From contig NC_057710.1 of the NCBI RefSeq assembly GCF_004010195.1, positions 122,357,950 to 122,421,949 on the forward strand: a stretch of 64,000 nt of DNA, read 5' to 3'. This stretch comes from Chiloscyllium plagiosum. Its lineage: Eukaryota. The notes beneath the pieces are model-generated. The model ran no database searches. It was given only the letters and a program-made list of their open reading frames with translations, and had not been told where the DNA came from. Positions 14,140-26,419 of this stretch are shown piece after piece (positions within the stretch are counted from its first letter, which is position 1; each line of letters opens with the position of its first letter). The translations under genes and the position numbers were made by a program.

Positions 14140-14761
14140 TAAGTCCAATGATGCCAAATAAAGGGGGCCAAATCAGATTTGGGAGAGCCAGTTTCGCTGA
14201 TTAGAATTGGCCTACCAGTGACAGACTGGGCAATCAGCTCTCAAGATAGGCCCAACCTGTGGTAACAATGGGAAATATAAAACTTAATAGTGGGAACATT
14301 GGTAGCGTTAGAAAAAACTCACCTTGCTCACAAAATAGAATCACATCAGGAAGAATACAATTACAATATAGAAAGGTTGGGTATATTGTAAAAAATGAAT
14401 GAAGATAATCTGTTATAGAGCCAGAATGAAATGACAATCCAGGTGGCTTCATATACTCATTGAGCTTCATTCTCCGGCTACCTAACACTTTCCTAGTCTC
14501 ATACGGCAAACCTAAATCCAGCATTTTTTCTTTTCCCTGGGGACCAAGTTTGATTGCTAAATTTGCCTTTGATAACCTAGACATTGTGTGGACATGACAT
14601 AAATGTTCAAGGAACTATCAAATGAATTATTCTCTCCATTCACTGTGTATCAGAACTTGCAAACTGTCAATTTCTTCCTTTTATCATTGCATAGCTTTCA
14701 GAGCAGTAGTAGAGATTTTAAGAGAATGGAAGACATTTTGTTAAGTGGGGCTTTAAAGTAA

Positions 14762-15515
14762 AACAGCACAGAAACAGGCCCTTCGGTCCTACTCATCCGC
14801 TCTGACCAGGTATCCTATATTAATCTAGTCCCATTTACCAGCATTTAGCCCATATCCCTTTAAATCCTTCCTATTCATTTACCCATCCAGATGCCTTTTT
14901 AAATTTTGTAATTGTACCAGCCTCCACCACTTCCTCTGGTAGCTCATGCCATACACGAATCAACCCAGGCATGCAAACGTTACTCCTCGGGTCCCTTTTA
15001 AATCTTTACCCTGTTACCTTAAACATATGCCGTCTAGTTTCAGACTCCCATACCCTGGAAAAGAGGGCTTGGCTTTCACCCATATCCATGCCCCTCATGA
15101 TTTTATAAACCTCTATAAGGTCACCCCTCAGCCTCTGACTCTCCAGCCCCAGCCTGTTCAGCCTCTCCCAATAGCTCAACCTCCAATCCCGGCAACAATC
15201 TTGAAAACCTTTTTTTGAACTCCTTCAAAGTTAATAGCATTCTTCCTATCGCAGGGAGACCAGAATTGTACACAGTGCTCTAAAAGTAGCCTCACCAATG
15301 TCCCATACAGGTACAACATGACCTCCCAACTCTTATACTCAATGCATTGATCAATGACGGCAAGCATGCCAAACACCTTCTTCACTATCCTGTCTTCCTG
15401 TGACTCCACTTTCTAGTAACTATGAACCAACACTAGGTTTCTTTGTGTGGGAGCATTCCCCAGGGTCCTATCATTAACTGTCCTGACCCGGTTTGCCTTA
15501 TCAAAATGCAGTTTT
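14762..15515 (-). mobile_element. CR1/HER1 LINE 3' end
   Basis: IEYKSWEVMLYLYGTLVRLLLEHCVQFWSP and downstream 3' motifs. Confidence 0.88.
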
Positions 15516-16174
15516 TCAAGTAATCCTTAAAAACCATGGCATAAAGTTCAATCTTATAAATCAAGCAGGTAGCTGAGAGTCAAATGGAGCTGAGTCAATT
15601 TCAGATTGAGTTAGCCAATCTTCGCTGCAGTTGGGATACTTTCATCTAGCCACAGAGCTCCTTGGACTCTCCACTGTTTGTGCTCAGTTGCTTCTCCTGT
15701 GGAACCTGCTACATAATGCACCTGTGTGAAAGTCAGTCATTGCAGCACTCAAGGATGTGCATCTACTCTCTCTCTCTCCAGTCAGTCATATTTCAGCAAG
15801 TCAAGTGAGGATACGATTCAGCCTGAGAATTGTTGCCTCATCTGGAGCACTGATGCTCACACGCCCAAACATTTGCAGGAAGATGGTCATTTGGACAAAG
15901 TGTTGCTTAGAAACCATGTCCCAAAAGAAGGCAATCCCTTCTCAAGAGGATAGTGATAGAGTTTTCACAGCACAGAATGTTGGTGCCTGTCACCAAATGT
16001 CCGTGTATTCTAATTCCATTTTCCAGTTCTTGGCCTATGCTGTTGCATTTCAGGTGTTCATCTAAATTGCCCTTAAGTGTCATGAGGGAATATCAAAAGG
16101 TTTTCAAGATTCTTGTGAAGGTTCGGTCTGTTCATTTAAAGTGTTAATGGCTACTTTTGTCAGGGCACAAGGTC

Positions 16175-16400
16175 AAGTGGAATATTGCTGAAAAAACACA
16201 TATTTTGTCCAAGCTTTTCATCTTGTACTCATCAGAACAACTTCTAAGAAATACTGAAGTAAAGGGAAAACAAATCAGTAGAATGTGAGGAGAGTGTGCT
16301 GATTGATTGGCAAATGAATTCTGATTGATAGAGGTGTTACCGTGGACAATGCACCAGTTATTTATGACTGTTATACACAGTATAGTGCTAACAGCAGGCA
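16175..16400 (-). mobile_element. PLE-like terminal fragment, family C, with hammerhead-like motif
   Basis: Minus strand ttgtt-CTGATGA-gtacaagat-GAAA-agcttg-gacaa; related copy at 28511-28790. Confidence 0.55.
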
Positions 16401-17220
16401 AAGGCGTCTTCTCTCTCACATATTATGCCTATTAGATATTTTTAATCAAGACATTCAAATATATTATGGCAAATGTCCTTGGCAGATGGGACTTGACCCC
16501 AGAAGTAGGAGCACTGCCACTGTGCTACAAGAGCCCATGAGTAAACCTTCAATTAAGCCTCTGTATCCTTGCACAGTAAATATGGATCACCTACCGTCCC
16601 AATCAATTTGGTATCTTTTAACATATAAGATGAGTGACTGAAGCATTATTCACTTTCCTCATCTTTCCTACTGAATAACAATGGCGGCATTTCAATATCC
16701 AATACCTGCTGCATTTCTCAATGCTATTAAAACTCTGTCAGCATTACTGTTCTGATTCTGTGTGTTTCTGCAATAAAGCTGTCAAAACCAAGCAGTTGAG
16801 AAAGATGTAGTCACTTTTGCTGCTGTTGATAATGTCATAGGTTCACATGGCTCTGACAGAGCGGTTGCAGTAACTAAGCTGCCATTGTCATTGACAGATC
16901 AGTTGTTTCTTATTTTCTTGCACATCGTTTGACATGATCAGAATTACATTCAGCGCAACTCTAGTACTGGTCATGGCATGGGAGACTCATCGAAATTGGA
17001 AATGGGCTGACAGTGGGGTCAAGTGGCATACACATAATCTCAAACCCTGCTGCTCCATCACATGAGGACACACAGCCTGGTAATGACAGCAGATGTATTT
17101 CAAAGAAGGCTTCCATCTCTTTCAGAAAGATTACTGCATAATGAATAGCATGTCAATAGCATTTAACTGTTGATGTGGCCTCAATTTTTATACATTTGGT
17201 TGTTTCGAGATTAATAGCAG

Positions 17221-17484
17221 AATCATAGAATCCCTACAGTGCAGAAAGAGGCTGCATCGATTGTCTGAAGAGCATCCCATCCTATCCCTATAACCCTTGC
17301 ATTTATCATGGCTAATCCACCTAGCCTGCACATCTTTTGATTGTGGGAGAAAAACTGGAACACCTGGTGGAAACCCACACAGACAATGTGCAAACCCCAC
17401 AGCAACAGTCTCCCAAAGCTGGAATTGAACCAAAGTTCCTGGTGCGTATGAGACAGCAGTGTTAACCACTGAGCAACCGTACCA
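17221..17484 (-). mobile_element. HE1-type V-SINE
   Basis: tRNA head and V core on -. Confidence 0.85.
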
Positions 17485-19868
17485 CTAAAAATACACATAC
17501 TTTCCCGTGCACTTCAATCTCAACTCAACAAACAAGAACAGCAAGTGTGATTCAGAAGTCAATCTGGAAATTGCTTTCCAGGAGTTCTCGAATCCTTTGT
17601 CGGTTCCAATAAAGATCACTGCCAGAGGAGGGCATGCAGAGTCCTACATCGGGGGATTTGGTGTTGTGACTTAGGACCAGATAAGGACAGCATTAGCAAT
17701 CAGCACAGCCAGTGAAGAGCAGTCTGCCAAAGAGTATTCCTGGACTCCTAAAATGGGATCATGGTCTGGAAGCTCAATGTGTGGTCATTTAATAAAGCAG
17801 CTGATGTGAGAGCCTCCACAATTATGTAGGCTTGACAACCATGTTTCTCATCCTAACTGAGCCTATAATGTGGAAAATTAATGGGTCATTAACTTTGACA
17901 TTCATAAGAAAGCAGTGTCATTTTTGAAAGATGTGAATCTTGTAAACATTGATATGCAGAGAGACTGATATGCTGTGATAAGGAATTAATTAATCAGGGC
18001 AGGTACAACAAGTGAAAGCAAGTGGTGTGTTGCACTTTCTGGCAAGTGCATGGAAGCAGAAGGAATTCTTGCTACAGTTGGCTTTGGTGAGACCACAGCT
18101 GGAATACAGTGCATAGCTTTGTCTATACAGAAACCATACAGTGCAGAAAGAGGCCTTTTGTCCCATCGAGTCTGCATCAACCCTCTGAAGAGCATCCCAC
18201 CTCTCCCTGTAACCCCACATTTTCCATGGCTAATCCACCTAGCCAACACTTCCCTATATGCTACAGGTCAATTGAGCATGGTCAATCCATCTAATTAGAT
18301 GAGTAAGTAGAGTTGAGGCAAAAGATCAACACGGCTCTGTTGAATAGCAGAGCAGGTTCAAGGGATGATATGGTCTACACCCCCTTCTATTTGTTATGTT
18401 CTCACAGAGCTTGATGATCAGAATGACAAAGCCTAAACAAAATGACTAAAACTTAACAATGTTACCACCAATGTAGCAAGGAGGAATGATGCATTGGCTA
18501 TACATTTCGCTCCCTTTATAAAAAATGTCACAGCTTTACTATTTTGTAGCACTTCTGAAGTTGTGCAAGAAAGACAATTCACTCATTTTATTCTTGCAAT
18601 TTACCATTGAACATGTTTGCTGTTTCCAATAACATTGATCTCAAATGTAAATACTGATCTCTAATGTCTCAATGTGGCCTTTCTCTAAGTATCACCAGGA
18701 ATAAAATAAATTAAAAGGAAGAAGATGCTAACTCTTCAATTGACAAGTTGTTCATGGGATTAGTAGATACACTATCAATCAGTTGCAAGTTATGTAAGAC
18801 AGCTGTGATTGACATGAAACTTGATCTGCTGAACACTGATACAACTTCCCCACAGCAGTGCAGACTCACTGAGAGCTGATCACTGCACAAGCAGGAGAAA
18901 AAAATGAATTATTTCCATTTCAATGTCTTAGACGCATTCTCAACATATCTTAGCAGAACAAGGTCATTGTCTCTGAGGTCCTAGAGCATGCATATTCACT
19001 GCTTAGCTAACAATGCCTCTGCTGACTCAGACACATTCATCAGAATGATGGTGCCCATATTCCCAATGACCTTCTGTATGGAAAGCTGGGCATTGAGTCC
19101 CAACCCCCTCGCAGTCCATACCTCAGCGACAGGTACACCAGCAAGTGACATATTAAGATGCCATACATTGATAAGAACAACTGGGTGACAGTCCCTGATA
19201 ACTGTGACAATTGGAGGCTGACCATTTGGAAAGGAATTGAAGGGTGAAGGGTGAGCTGAAATTAAAAGTTCAGCTGTCGAAAAAGGCAGCCCTGACAATA
19301 TAGAGGCCAGTAAACTGGCCACATTCTCCGGGCACTCCTGCAACAAGGGTCGCAGAGACTTCCATGTTAGAGTGGAATTCCTGAGCTACACCATTGTCTT
19401 CCACCAATGGCTGACTGCGTATCGCTGCACCCAACAACCAGGTTGTAGATTTTAGTGACTTATTATAGATCAGGGACAGGAAACCAACTAGCCTTATCGA
19501 AAAAAATCACGCAGAGAACACTACTCTGAACTCAATGCATATAGTACAGGAGAGAATATTATTGATGGGAAAAAAATAAAACCGAGGTGCAAATCAAACA
19601 TTTTCAGTTTTATATTGCCTTTTGAACAGGCTGAATTTCTCTGTGAAGTTATTTGTCACATTTTCCAAGTTTGTTGACATGTAGTAACTCACAGTTAACC
19701 CATTGATAATACTGAAACAGTGAGTTTGGACGTATGTTAATTAATAATGCAGTAGTGGGATAATTGTGAAAAGTATATGATTCTGACTTTAAATGAGGAG
19801 TAGAGAGATGGGCTGAAATGTAAATTTCCATGCCATTCTATGTAATATATATGACCTTTGTTTTATAG

Positions 19869-19932
19869 CCTCCTCCCCAAATCTATGACAAGCAGCTTGA
19901 TGAGAGAGAACACAGTATAGATGAATGGAAAG
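19869..19932 (+). CDS. MAPK10: MAPK10/JNK3 internal exon (64 nt)
   Basis: ttttatag|CCT CCT CCC CAA... = PPPQIYDKQLDEREHSIDEWK; donor G|gtaatg. Confidence 0.97.
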
Positions 19933-21689
19933 GTAATGTAAACTAAGCAGTCGGGTTTCAATTATGATCATATAAGTTTGATAATCTTACATAACATTTT
20001 TCCAAGTATGATGGTTATTGCCATATTCACTAAATTGTGAGAAATGACAGGCAGATCTTCAAATGGCGTTCAGCATATGAATTGATTGAATTGAATATCA
20101 ATCAATTCTAGATATTTTTGAGATGTTAATACTCACCTTGAACTTGGACCTCCTGGCTCCGAAGTAGAGCCACTACCACTGTACCACAAGAGGCCTCGGT
20201 CAGCAGATTCTAGAATAGTCAAGTGATCTGCAACTCCTGAGCATAACATTGAAAATCTCCCCTGCTGTATTTAAACAATGAATAGAGCTGAAGAATTTCA
20301 AATCAAAGCAAAATACTGGAAATCTGAAATAAAAACAGAATGTGCTGGAGAAACACATCAGGTGTGGCAGCATCTTTGGGGAGAGAGAACAGAGTTAATG
20401 TTTTGTGTTCAACGTGACGTTTTTCAGAGATGACACTGCAGCACTTTAACTTTTATTACTGGAGAAACCCAACAGCTCTGTCAGCATGTAAGAGAGAAAC
20501 AATTAACATTTTATGTCAAAACTGACTCCATCCAAACTTAAAAATCAATATTTGTAAACATAAAGCAAGAAATAAAGGATATTTCTGTCAGTACCCAATA
20601 TTTCAGTTACTTGGTGATAGAAGCCACTAATAATTGAAACAACTTTACATTTGCCTACATTGAATTTCTCTTAAAGGAGCACATTAGGGTAAATATGAAT
20701 AGGTTGTTAAGATTACTGAGGAATCCCATGATTTCAGATTTTTAATATCAGAATGCTTATTCAAATCAATTTAAAATAAATGCACCTACACCTTTAGACA
20801 ACTAAAGCCCTATCCTCCATTCAAACACAATTATAGATGGGGAACAAGGCATAAACATCTGGGGACAAAGATGGAACTGAAATTCTACAGAAATAGTGAG
20901 AGAAGTAGTCCCATGATGATGGGTCACATGGGTTATGCCTGCCATTCTGAGCCTTCTCACTGTAATTCCAATCTCAAACCCAGGTAGTCTTGCTTCTGGC
21001 ACAATAGTATCAGCTATCTCAGGGAGGAGATAAATACCAGACCATTCTGAGAAGTGATGGCTAAGGGCCAGATTGGACAAAGTATGTTGGATAGAATTTT
21101 GTCCTCAAGGAAGAAAGGAGCAATTTGCTTCAAGAGTAAGTAATCTGCATTAATGGGACCTTTAATAGGCTGACTACTGAGTCGATGCTGCCTCTGTACA
21201 GACCCTGTTCAGACTGTGCTAGCTGAACTTCCTGGGATTAACTGGAACGAATCCAAGCTGCAATCCCAGATTTGCTCACACTTGGAGTTCAATTGCTTCA
21301 AAACATTTAATGCAATGGGGTCTAAACTTGGCTGATCTTCCCATTCCAAACAGCAGGCCCCTTGCTGAAATTGTGTCTCCTGATATATAGCACCCACCGT
21401 TTCTCATCAGATTTTCCTTGTAACAAGTCAGTTCCCTGTACTGAACCAAATGGAATTAAAACCCTTTTGCCTCCAGAGTGACTTTGCCCTAAACAGCAGT
21501 GAGTTACTGTTAAACCTTAAAGCAGCATCAAATGATCTGATTCATAATAAGGCAATCCACATTCCAGAGATAATGTGTTACAACCTGCCAAGAGAAATAG
21601 ATATGTCAAAGAGATTGAGTGTCTAGGATACCAGTAAACGTGATTTCAGTGAGTACTGAGTGCCTGCTCAAAGCATACATGTCACATGA

Positions 21690-21838
21690 CACGAGGTTAT
21701 AGTCCAACAGTTTTATTTGAAATCGCAAGCTTTTAGAGCGCTGTTTCACCTGATGAAAGACTTGTTGGCCTATAACCTGGTGTTGTGTGACTTCTGACTC
21801 CGTCCATCCCAGACCAACACCAGCACCTCCACATCAAA
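21690..21838 (+). mobile_element. Collapsed PLE family B insert
   Basis: aggttatagtccaacag ... cctgatgaa ... gttggcctataacctggtgttgtgtga, inverted ends as at 13770-14139. Confidence 0.6.
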
Positions 21839-21901
21839 GTATATATGATTGAGCAGGTCTGAGACTTAGTTGATAGAATCGTTGATAAAGACTCTATTTG
21901 T

Positions 21902-22215
21902 GGGCAGCACGGTGGCACAGTGGTTAGCACTGCTGCCTCACAGCGCCAGAGACCCAGGTTCAATTCTCGACTCAGGCGACTGACTGTGTGGAGTTTGCAC
22001 ATTCTCCCCGTGTCTGCGTGGGTTTCCTCCGGGTGCTCCGGTTTCCTCCCACAGTCACAAAGATGTGCAGGTCAGGTGAATTGGCCATGCTAAATTGCCC
22101 ATAGTGTTACATTAAAAGGGGTAAATGTAGGGGTATGGGTGGGTTGCGCTTCGGCGGGTCGGTGTGGACTTGTTGGGCGAAGGGCCTGTTTCCACACTGT
22201 AAATAATCTAATCTA
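21902..22215 (+). mobile_element. HE1-type V-SINE, full length, young
   Basis: gggcagcacggtggcacagtggttagcactgctgcc...ctgtaaataatctaatcta. Confidence 0.92.
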
Positions 22216-22217
22216 AA

Positions 22218-22595
22218 GCGGACCCTTCGGTCTGACTTGTCCCTGCCAACCAGGCATCCCAATCTGACCTAGTCCCATTTGCCAACATTTGGCCCATATT
22301 CCTCCAAACCCTTCATATTCATATATCCATCCAGATGCCTTTTAAATGTTGTAATTGTACCAGCCTCCACCACTTCCTCTGGCAGCTCATTCCATATATG
22401 CACCACTCTCTGTGTGATAACGTTTCCCCTCAGGTTCCTTTTAATTATTTCCACCCTCACCTGATACCAATGCTTATTAGTTTTGGATTCGCCAACCCTA
22501 GGAAAAAGACCTTGGCTAATCATCCTATCCATGCCCATCATGATTCTATAAACGTCGATAAGGTCACCCCTTAGCCAATGACACTGCAGGGAAAA
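22218..22595 (-). mobile_element. CR1/HER1 LINE 3' end
   Basis: TQRVVHIWNELPEEVVEAGTITTFKRHLDGYMN. Confidence 0.88.
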
Positions 22596-22741
22596 AGATG
22601 TTGCTGTTCAATGTAGATACAGTCCGTGCAGATACTTTTCTGGTAATTTTGTTTCTGTGAATACTGCAAGAGCCATCACTATGAGAATGAACTTACAAAC
22701 ATGGAATAGACATTGACTTGATTTTTGCTTTCATGTTACAG

Positions 22742-22819
22742 AATTAATCTACAAGGAGGTAATGGATTTTGAAGAGAAAACTAAAAACGGTGTTGTGAAG
22801 GGACAACCCTCTCCCTCAG
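22742..22819 (+). CDS. MAPK10: MAPK10/JNK3 penultimate coding exon (78 nt)
   Basis: gttacag|aa TTA ATC TAC... = [26 protein letters not shown]; donor TCA G|gtaaat. Confidence 0.96.
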
Positions 22820-23335
22820 GTAAATCCAGTAACCCTGTACAGAGATAATCACAACCGTCTCACTCAGGTAAATCCAGTAACCCTGTACAGAAATAATCAC
22901 AACCGTCTCCCTCAGGTAAATCCAGTAACCCCGTACAGAGATTGTTACAACCCTCTCCCTCAGGTAAATCCAGTAACCCTGTACAGAGATTGTCACAACC
23001 TTCTCCTTCAGGTAAATCCAGTAACCCCGTACAGAGATTGTCACAACCCTCTCCCTCGGGTAAATCCAGTAACCCTGTACAGAGATTGTCACAACCGTCT
23101 CCCTCAGGTAAATCCAGTAACCCTGTACAGAGATTGTCACAACCTTCTCCTTCAGGTAAATCCAATAACCCTGTACAGAGATTGTCACAATCGTCTCCCT
23201 CAGGTAAATCCAGTAACCCCGTACAGAGATTGTCACAACCGTCTCCCTCAGGTAAATCCAGTAACCCTGTACAGAGATTGTCACAACCCTCTTCTTCAGG
23301 TAAATCCAGTAACCCTGCACAGAGATAATAACAAC
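22803..23335 (+). repeat. 48-bp minisatellite, 11 copies, each containing the exon 3' end and the GTAAAT donor
   Basis: Unit ACAACCCTCTCCCTCAG GTAAATCCAGTAACCCTGTACAGAGATTGTC; GT at 22820, 22868, 22916, 22964, 23012, 23060, 23108, 23156, 23204, 23252, 23300. Confidence 0.98.
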
Positions 23336-23984
23336 GTCTGACAATCAATGTTATTTTACCTTGTTCAGTTTTATTCCATTATTCCTAGTGCATTCCAGAA
23401 ATGTGTTTAACCCATCATTTGAATATATTCTCCAGCTGAAAGTTTATATATTTTATTGTAAGTGTCCCGAAAAGACTAAGTCGTTTTGTTGGTCAATACG
23501 GTAACAGAAAACAGTATTAGAGTTATTGAGTAGGGTCTTGCAGAAGCCTGAATGATGTATGCTATGCTGAGATTTAAGGCAGAATTACATGAGATGTCTG
23601 GGCAGGCACGTTCCGATGTCAGCCTGCTGTATCTTTTATCTGTTTGCTGGGCAGCAAGGCAACGTTTCTCATTCGGCAATGGGGAGTTGCCAATTCAGAG
23701 GATTATTGTTTGCTAAACACTTAAGTAATACTGCCGTGTGTCTCATTAATATTCACTTTTCTGTTTTGCCAAATGTGCTGAACAACCTTGATGTGGAGTA
23801 GTGTCATCATGGACTTCAGAATGGGCACCTGAAGAATTCAGCACTAAAGGACCTCCATATTAGACACTGGGCATCAACATCTCAAGATACTGGCTATATG
23901 AGCCCCATATTCATAGATATTGGTATCCGACATGTATAACCTCCTGGGAATCCTTGTGGCATATGTCTGATTAGACTTTTTTTT

Positions 23985-24291
23985 AGAATAGATTCCCTAC
24001 AGTGTGGAAACAGGCCGTTCGGCCCAACAAATCCACATCCACCCTCCAAAGAGTATCCCACCCAGACTAATTTCTCTCTGGTTAATGCACCTAACACCAT
24101 GAGCAATTTAGCAGGGCCAATTCACCAGATCTGCACATCTTTGGAGGAAACCAGAGCACCCAGAGGAAACCCACGCAGACACAAGGAGAATGTGCAAACT
24201 CCACACAGACAGTTGCCTGAGGCTGGAATCGAACCTGTGACAGTGGGTGCTGTGAGACAGCAGTGCTAACCACTGAGCCACTATGCCGCCC
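23985..24291 (-). mobile_element. HE1-type V-SINE
   Basis: tRNA head, V core, tail. Confidence 0.88.
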
Positions 24292-24329
24292 ACTTACAGG
24301 ATATTTCTGCACTTTAACACTACACCTCG

Positions 24330-25660
24330 GGCTTTACTAGCAACTCTCATTGTAATGGTGTAGCAGGGACACTGTGCACTCAGGGATGCACACCCAGCTC
24401 ATGGACTGGACCAGGGTCTGTCTCCAGTCTGGCCATTTCCTGTCACAGCGTACACTCACTCTGAGTCTACTCAGAGCATCACTTGTCTTGGCTTGCTTTG
24501 CCTTTCTGCACTTTGCCCCCTCAGCCACGGATACCAGGCCGTGTTGCCTTTCTGTTCAGCACAGACACAGGCTGAAAGCTTCTCATGGTTGTGAGCAGAC
24601 CTCTGTCAAATCGAGGGAGATAGCCTTCAGGTGTGAGCATAGTAAGTCAGGGGCATTCTCTGAAACGAGTCCAGGGGGGTGTCCATGGTCAGTCAGCCCC
24701 TCGGGCATGGCCAGAGTCAGGAATCCCTCCACATGATGGCTAGGAGCTGAATGTCAGGCAGCTCACCACCCATTGTGACAATTTCTGTCCCATTGTGGGC
24801 TGTTTTCATCCTGGAATAGTTTGGGGGGGGAGGAGGCATGAAATAAGGGAGTTGAAAGTGGGTGGCATGTGCTGTTGTTGTTGGTGCAGGTAGTGAGGTG
24901 CCCTAAGCAAGTGACTGGGCAGCACAGAGGGCATACAGGGTTAGTGCTGTCAAGGAGCAGGTTACAGCAGATGCTGGAAACTGTACTGAAAACAAAAAAA
25001 TGCTGGAGCTCACAGCAGGTCAGGCAGCATCCATGGAGAGACAGCAAGCTAACATTTCAAGTCTGGATGATTCTTCATCAGAGCTGACGTTAGTGCTGTC
25101 GAGGGTTGCGGATGACGGTGAATGAAGGAAGATGTCATAGGCAATAGTGAGCCTTGGTGGCAGCTGGGTAGAGTAGCAGAGATAGAGTGAGTGTTAGGTA
25201 TCACTTACCCCGGCAGAGTGAGCAAAGTTATTTGACCTTCTTCCTTAATCATTGTGGATTCCTCCAGACGGCTAGAAGCAGTGATCCGGTCATCAATCTC
25301 GGACCAGACTGAGTAACCTGGAAACAGGCTGGTATGGTGTGGTGTATTGGGTGTTGGTCCTGGGGTAAGCAGACACCCTGCATTGGCACCACCCCATCCA
25401 GTAGGACATCCAGTTTCAGCCCACAAAGAGGAATGTCAATTTCCCCTTGTCTGCCATGTCTGGGGTATATGTCATGAACGGCACAGGACTGCTAAGAACC
25501 AACAGCTTTTCCAGGTGCCCAACGGGCAATGCACCAGGGATGTGATCAATTTCAGGATATCTGGTAAGTGGCGAATTGTTCTGGGAATGGCCGATGGTAA
25601 GATAAGGCTAGAATTGGACAAGAAGGACACCACAGGGACAAGTTGATGAGGTGAGATTGT
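24330..25660 (-). mobile_element. PIF/Harbinger DNA transposon remnant (Myb/SANT-like ORF, pseudogenised)
   Basis: Frameshifted minus-strand reading MADKGK...LDVLLDGVV...VWSEIDDRITASS...NPQ*LRKKV...HSAG|gtaag resembles the Harbinger Myb/SANT protein N-terminus; GC-rich; PLE fragment nested at about 24955-25087. Confidence 0.5.
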
Positions 25661-26419
25661 TAAAAATACACCTCTCTTTTACTTTGGTAAAAGTCTCCTC
25701 TCTGTTTCATGGTTCTTTAATTTGTGTACTTCCTTTCCTGATCACTAGGGGGCAGTAAATAATTTACAATGAAGTGAATTTGAAGGATTGAAATTGGGAC
25801 AGAGAGCAGGAAATACAAACAGGCACAAATGAGGAATCCAGTGTAACTGATTCCTGACAATATGCTTTTGCCAATGTGTTCTAAACATTTTTAGAGAGGT
25901 GGCATTTTCTGGTTGTTGTCACTAATGTGGTGACTGCTTCCTCATCAACATTTTAACTTTCTTCCTGTTTGGGCATCATTTGGAATGCTGGCTAATTATA
26001 CTTTAGAGATGGAGTTAGTCACTAATCTTTGAGAATAAATTGACACATTCCTATTGGCTTTTTGTCTAAAGTTAGAGGATGAAGGAAAATATCATTCCTA
26101 ATGGCTTTCCTGATTTGGGACTCTGTCACGTGAGGAATATTTTCAGCCTTTTGCTCCGAAAATGCCTTTTTGCCTTTCAAAACATTCTACAAATATACTT
26201 TGCGCAATAATATTTGATATGGAATACATTTTTACCTTGCCTTTAAAAACTTATTTTAAAATTGTTTACAATTTATATGAAGATTAATTATTGAGCTCTC
26301 TTCTTCAGATGCTCTTTGCTCAAACATTTTATTAACATCATCAGATCTAAAACTCTATTGCCCGATTAATTTTTTTTAATTCATGCCTGAGAAGGTGGGG
26401 TGACTGAATTTAATAGCGC

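Noticed and set aside
22803-23335. CRISPR-like regular repeat array
   Set aside because: No unique spacers, eukaryotic context, no cas genes; it is a tandem minisatellite
22781-23348. 187-aa and 162-aa minus-strand repetitive ORFs ([14 protein letters not shown]..., [16 protein letters not shown]...)
   Set aside because: By-products of a 48-bp period lacking stops in those frames; antisense to MAPK10, no independent gene signals
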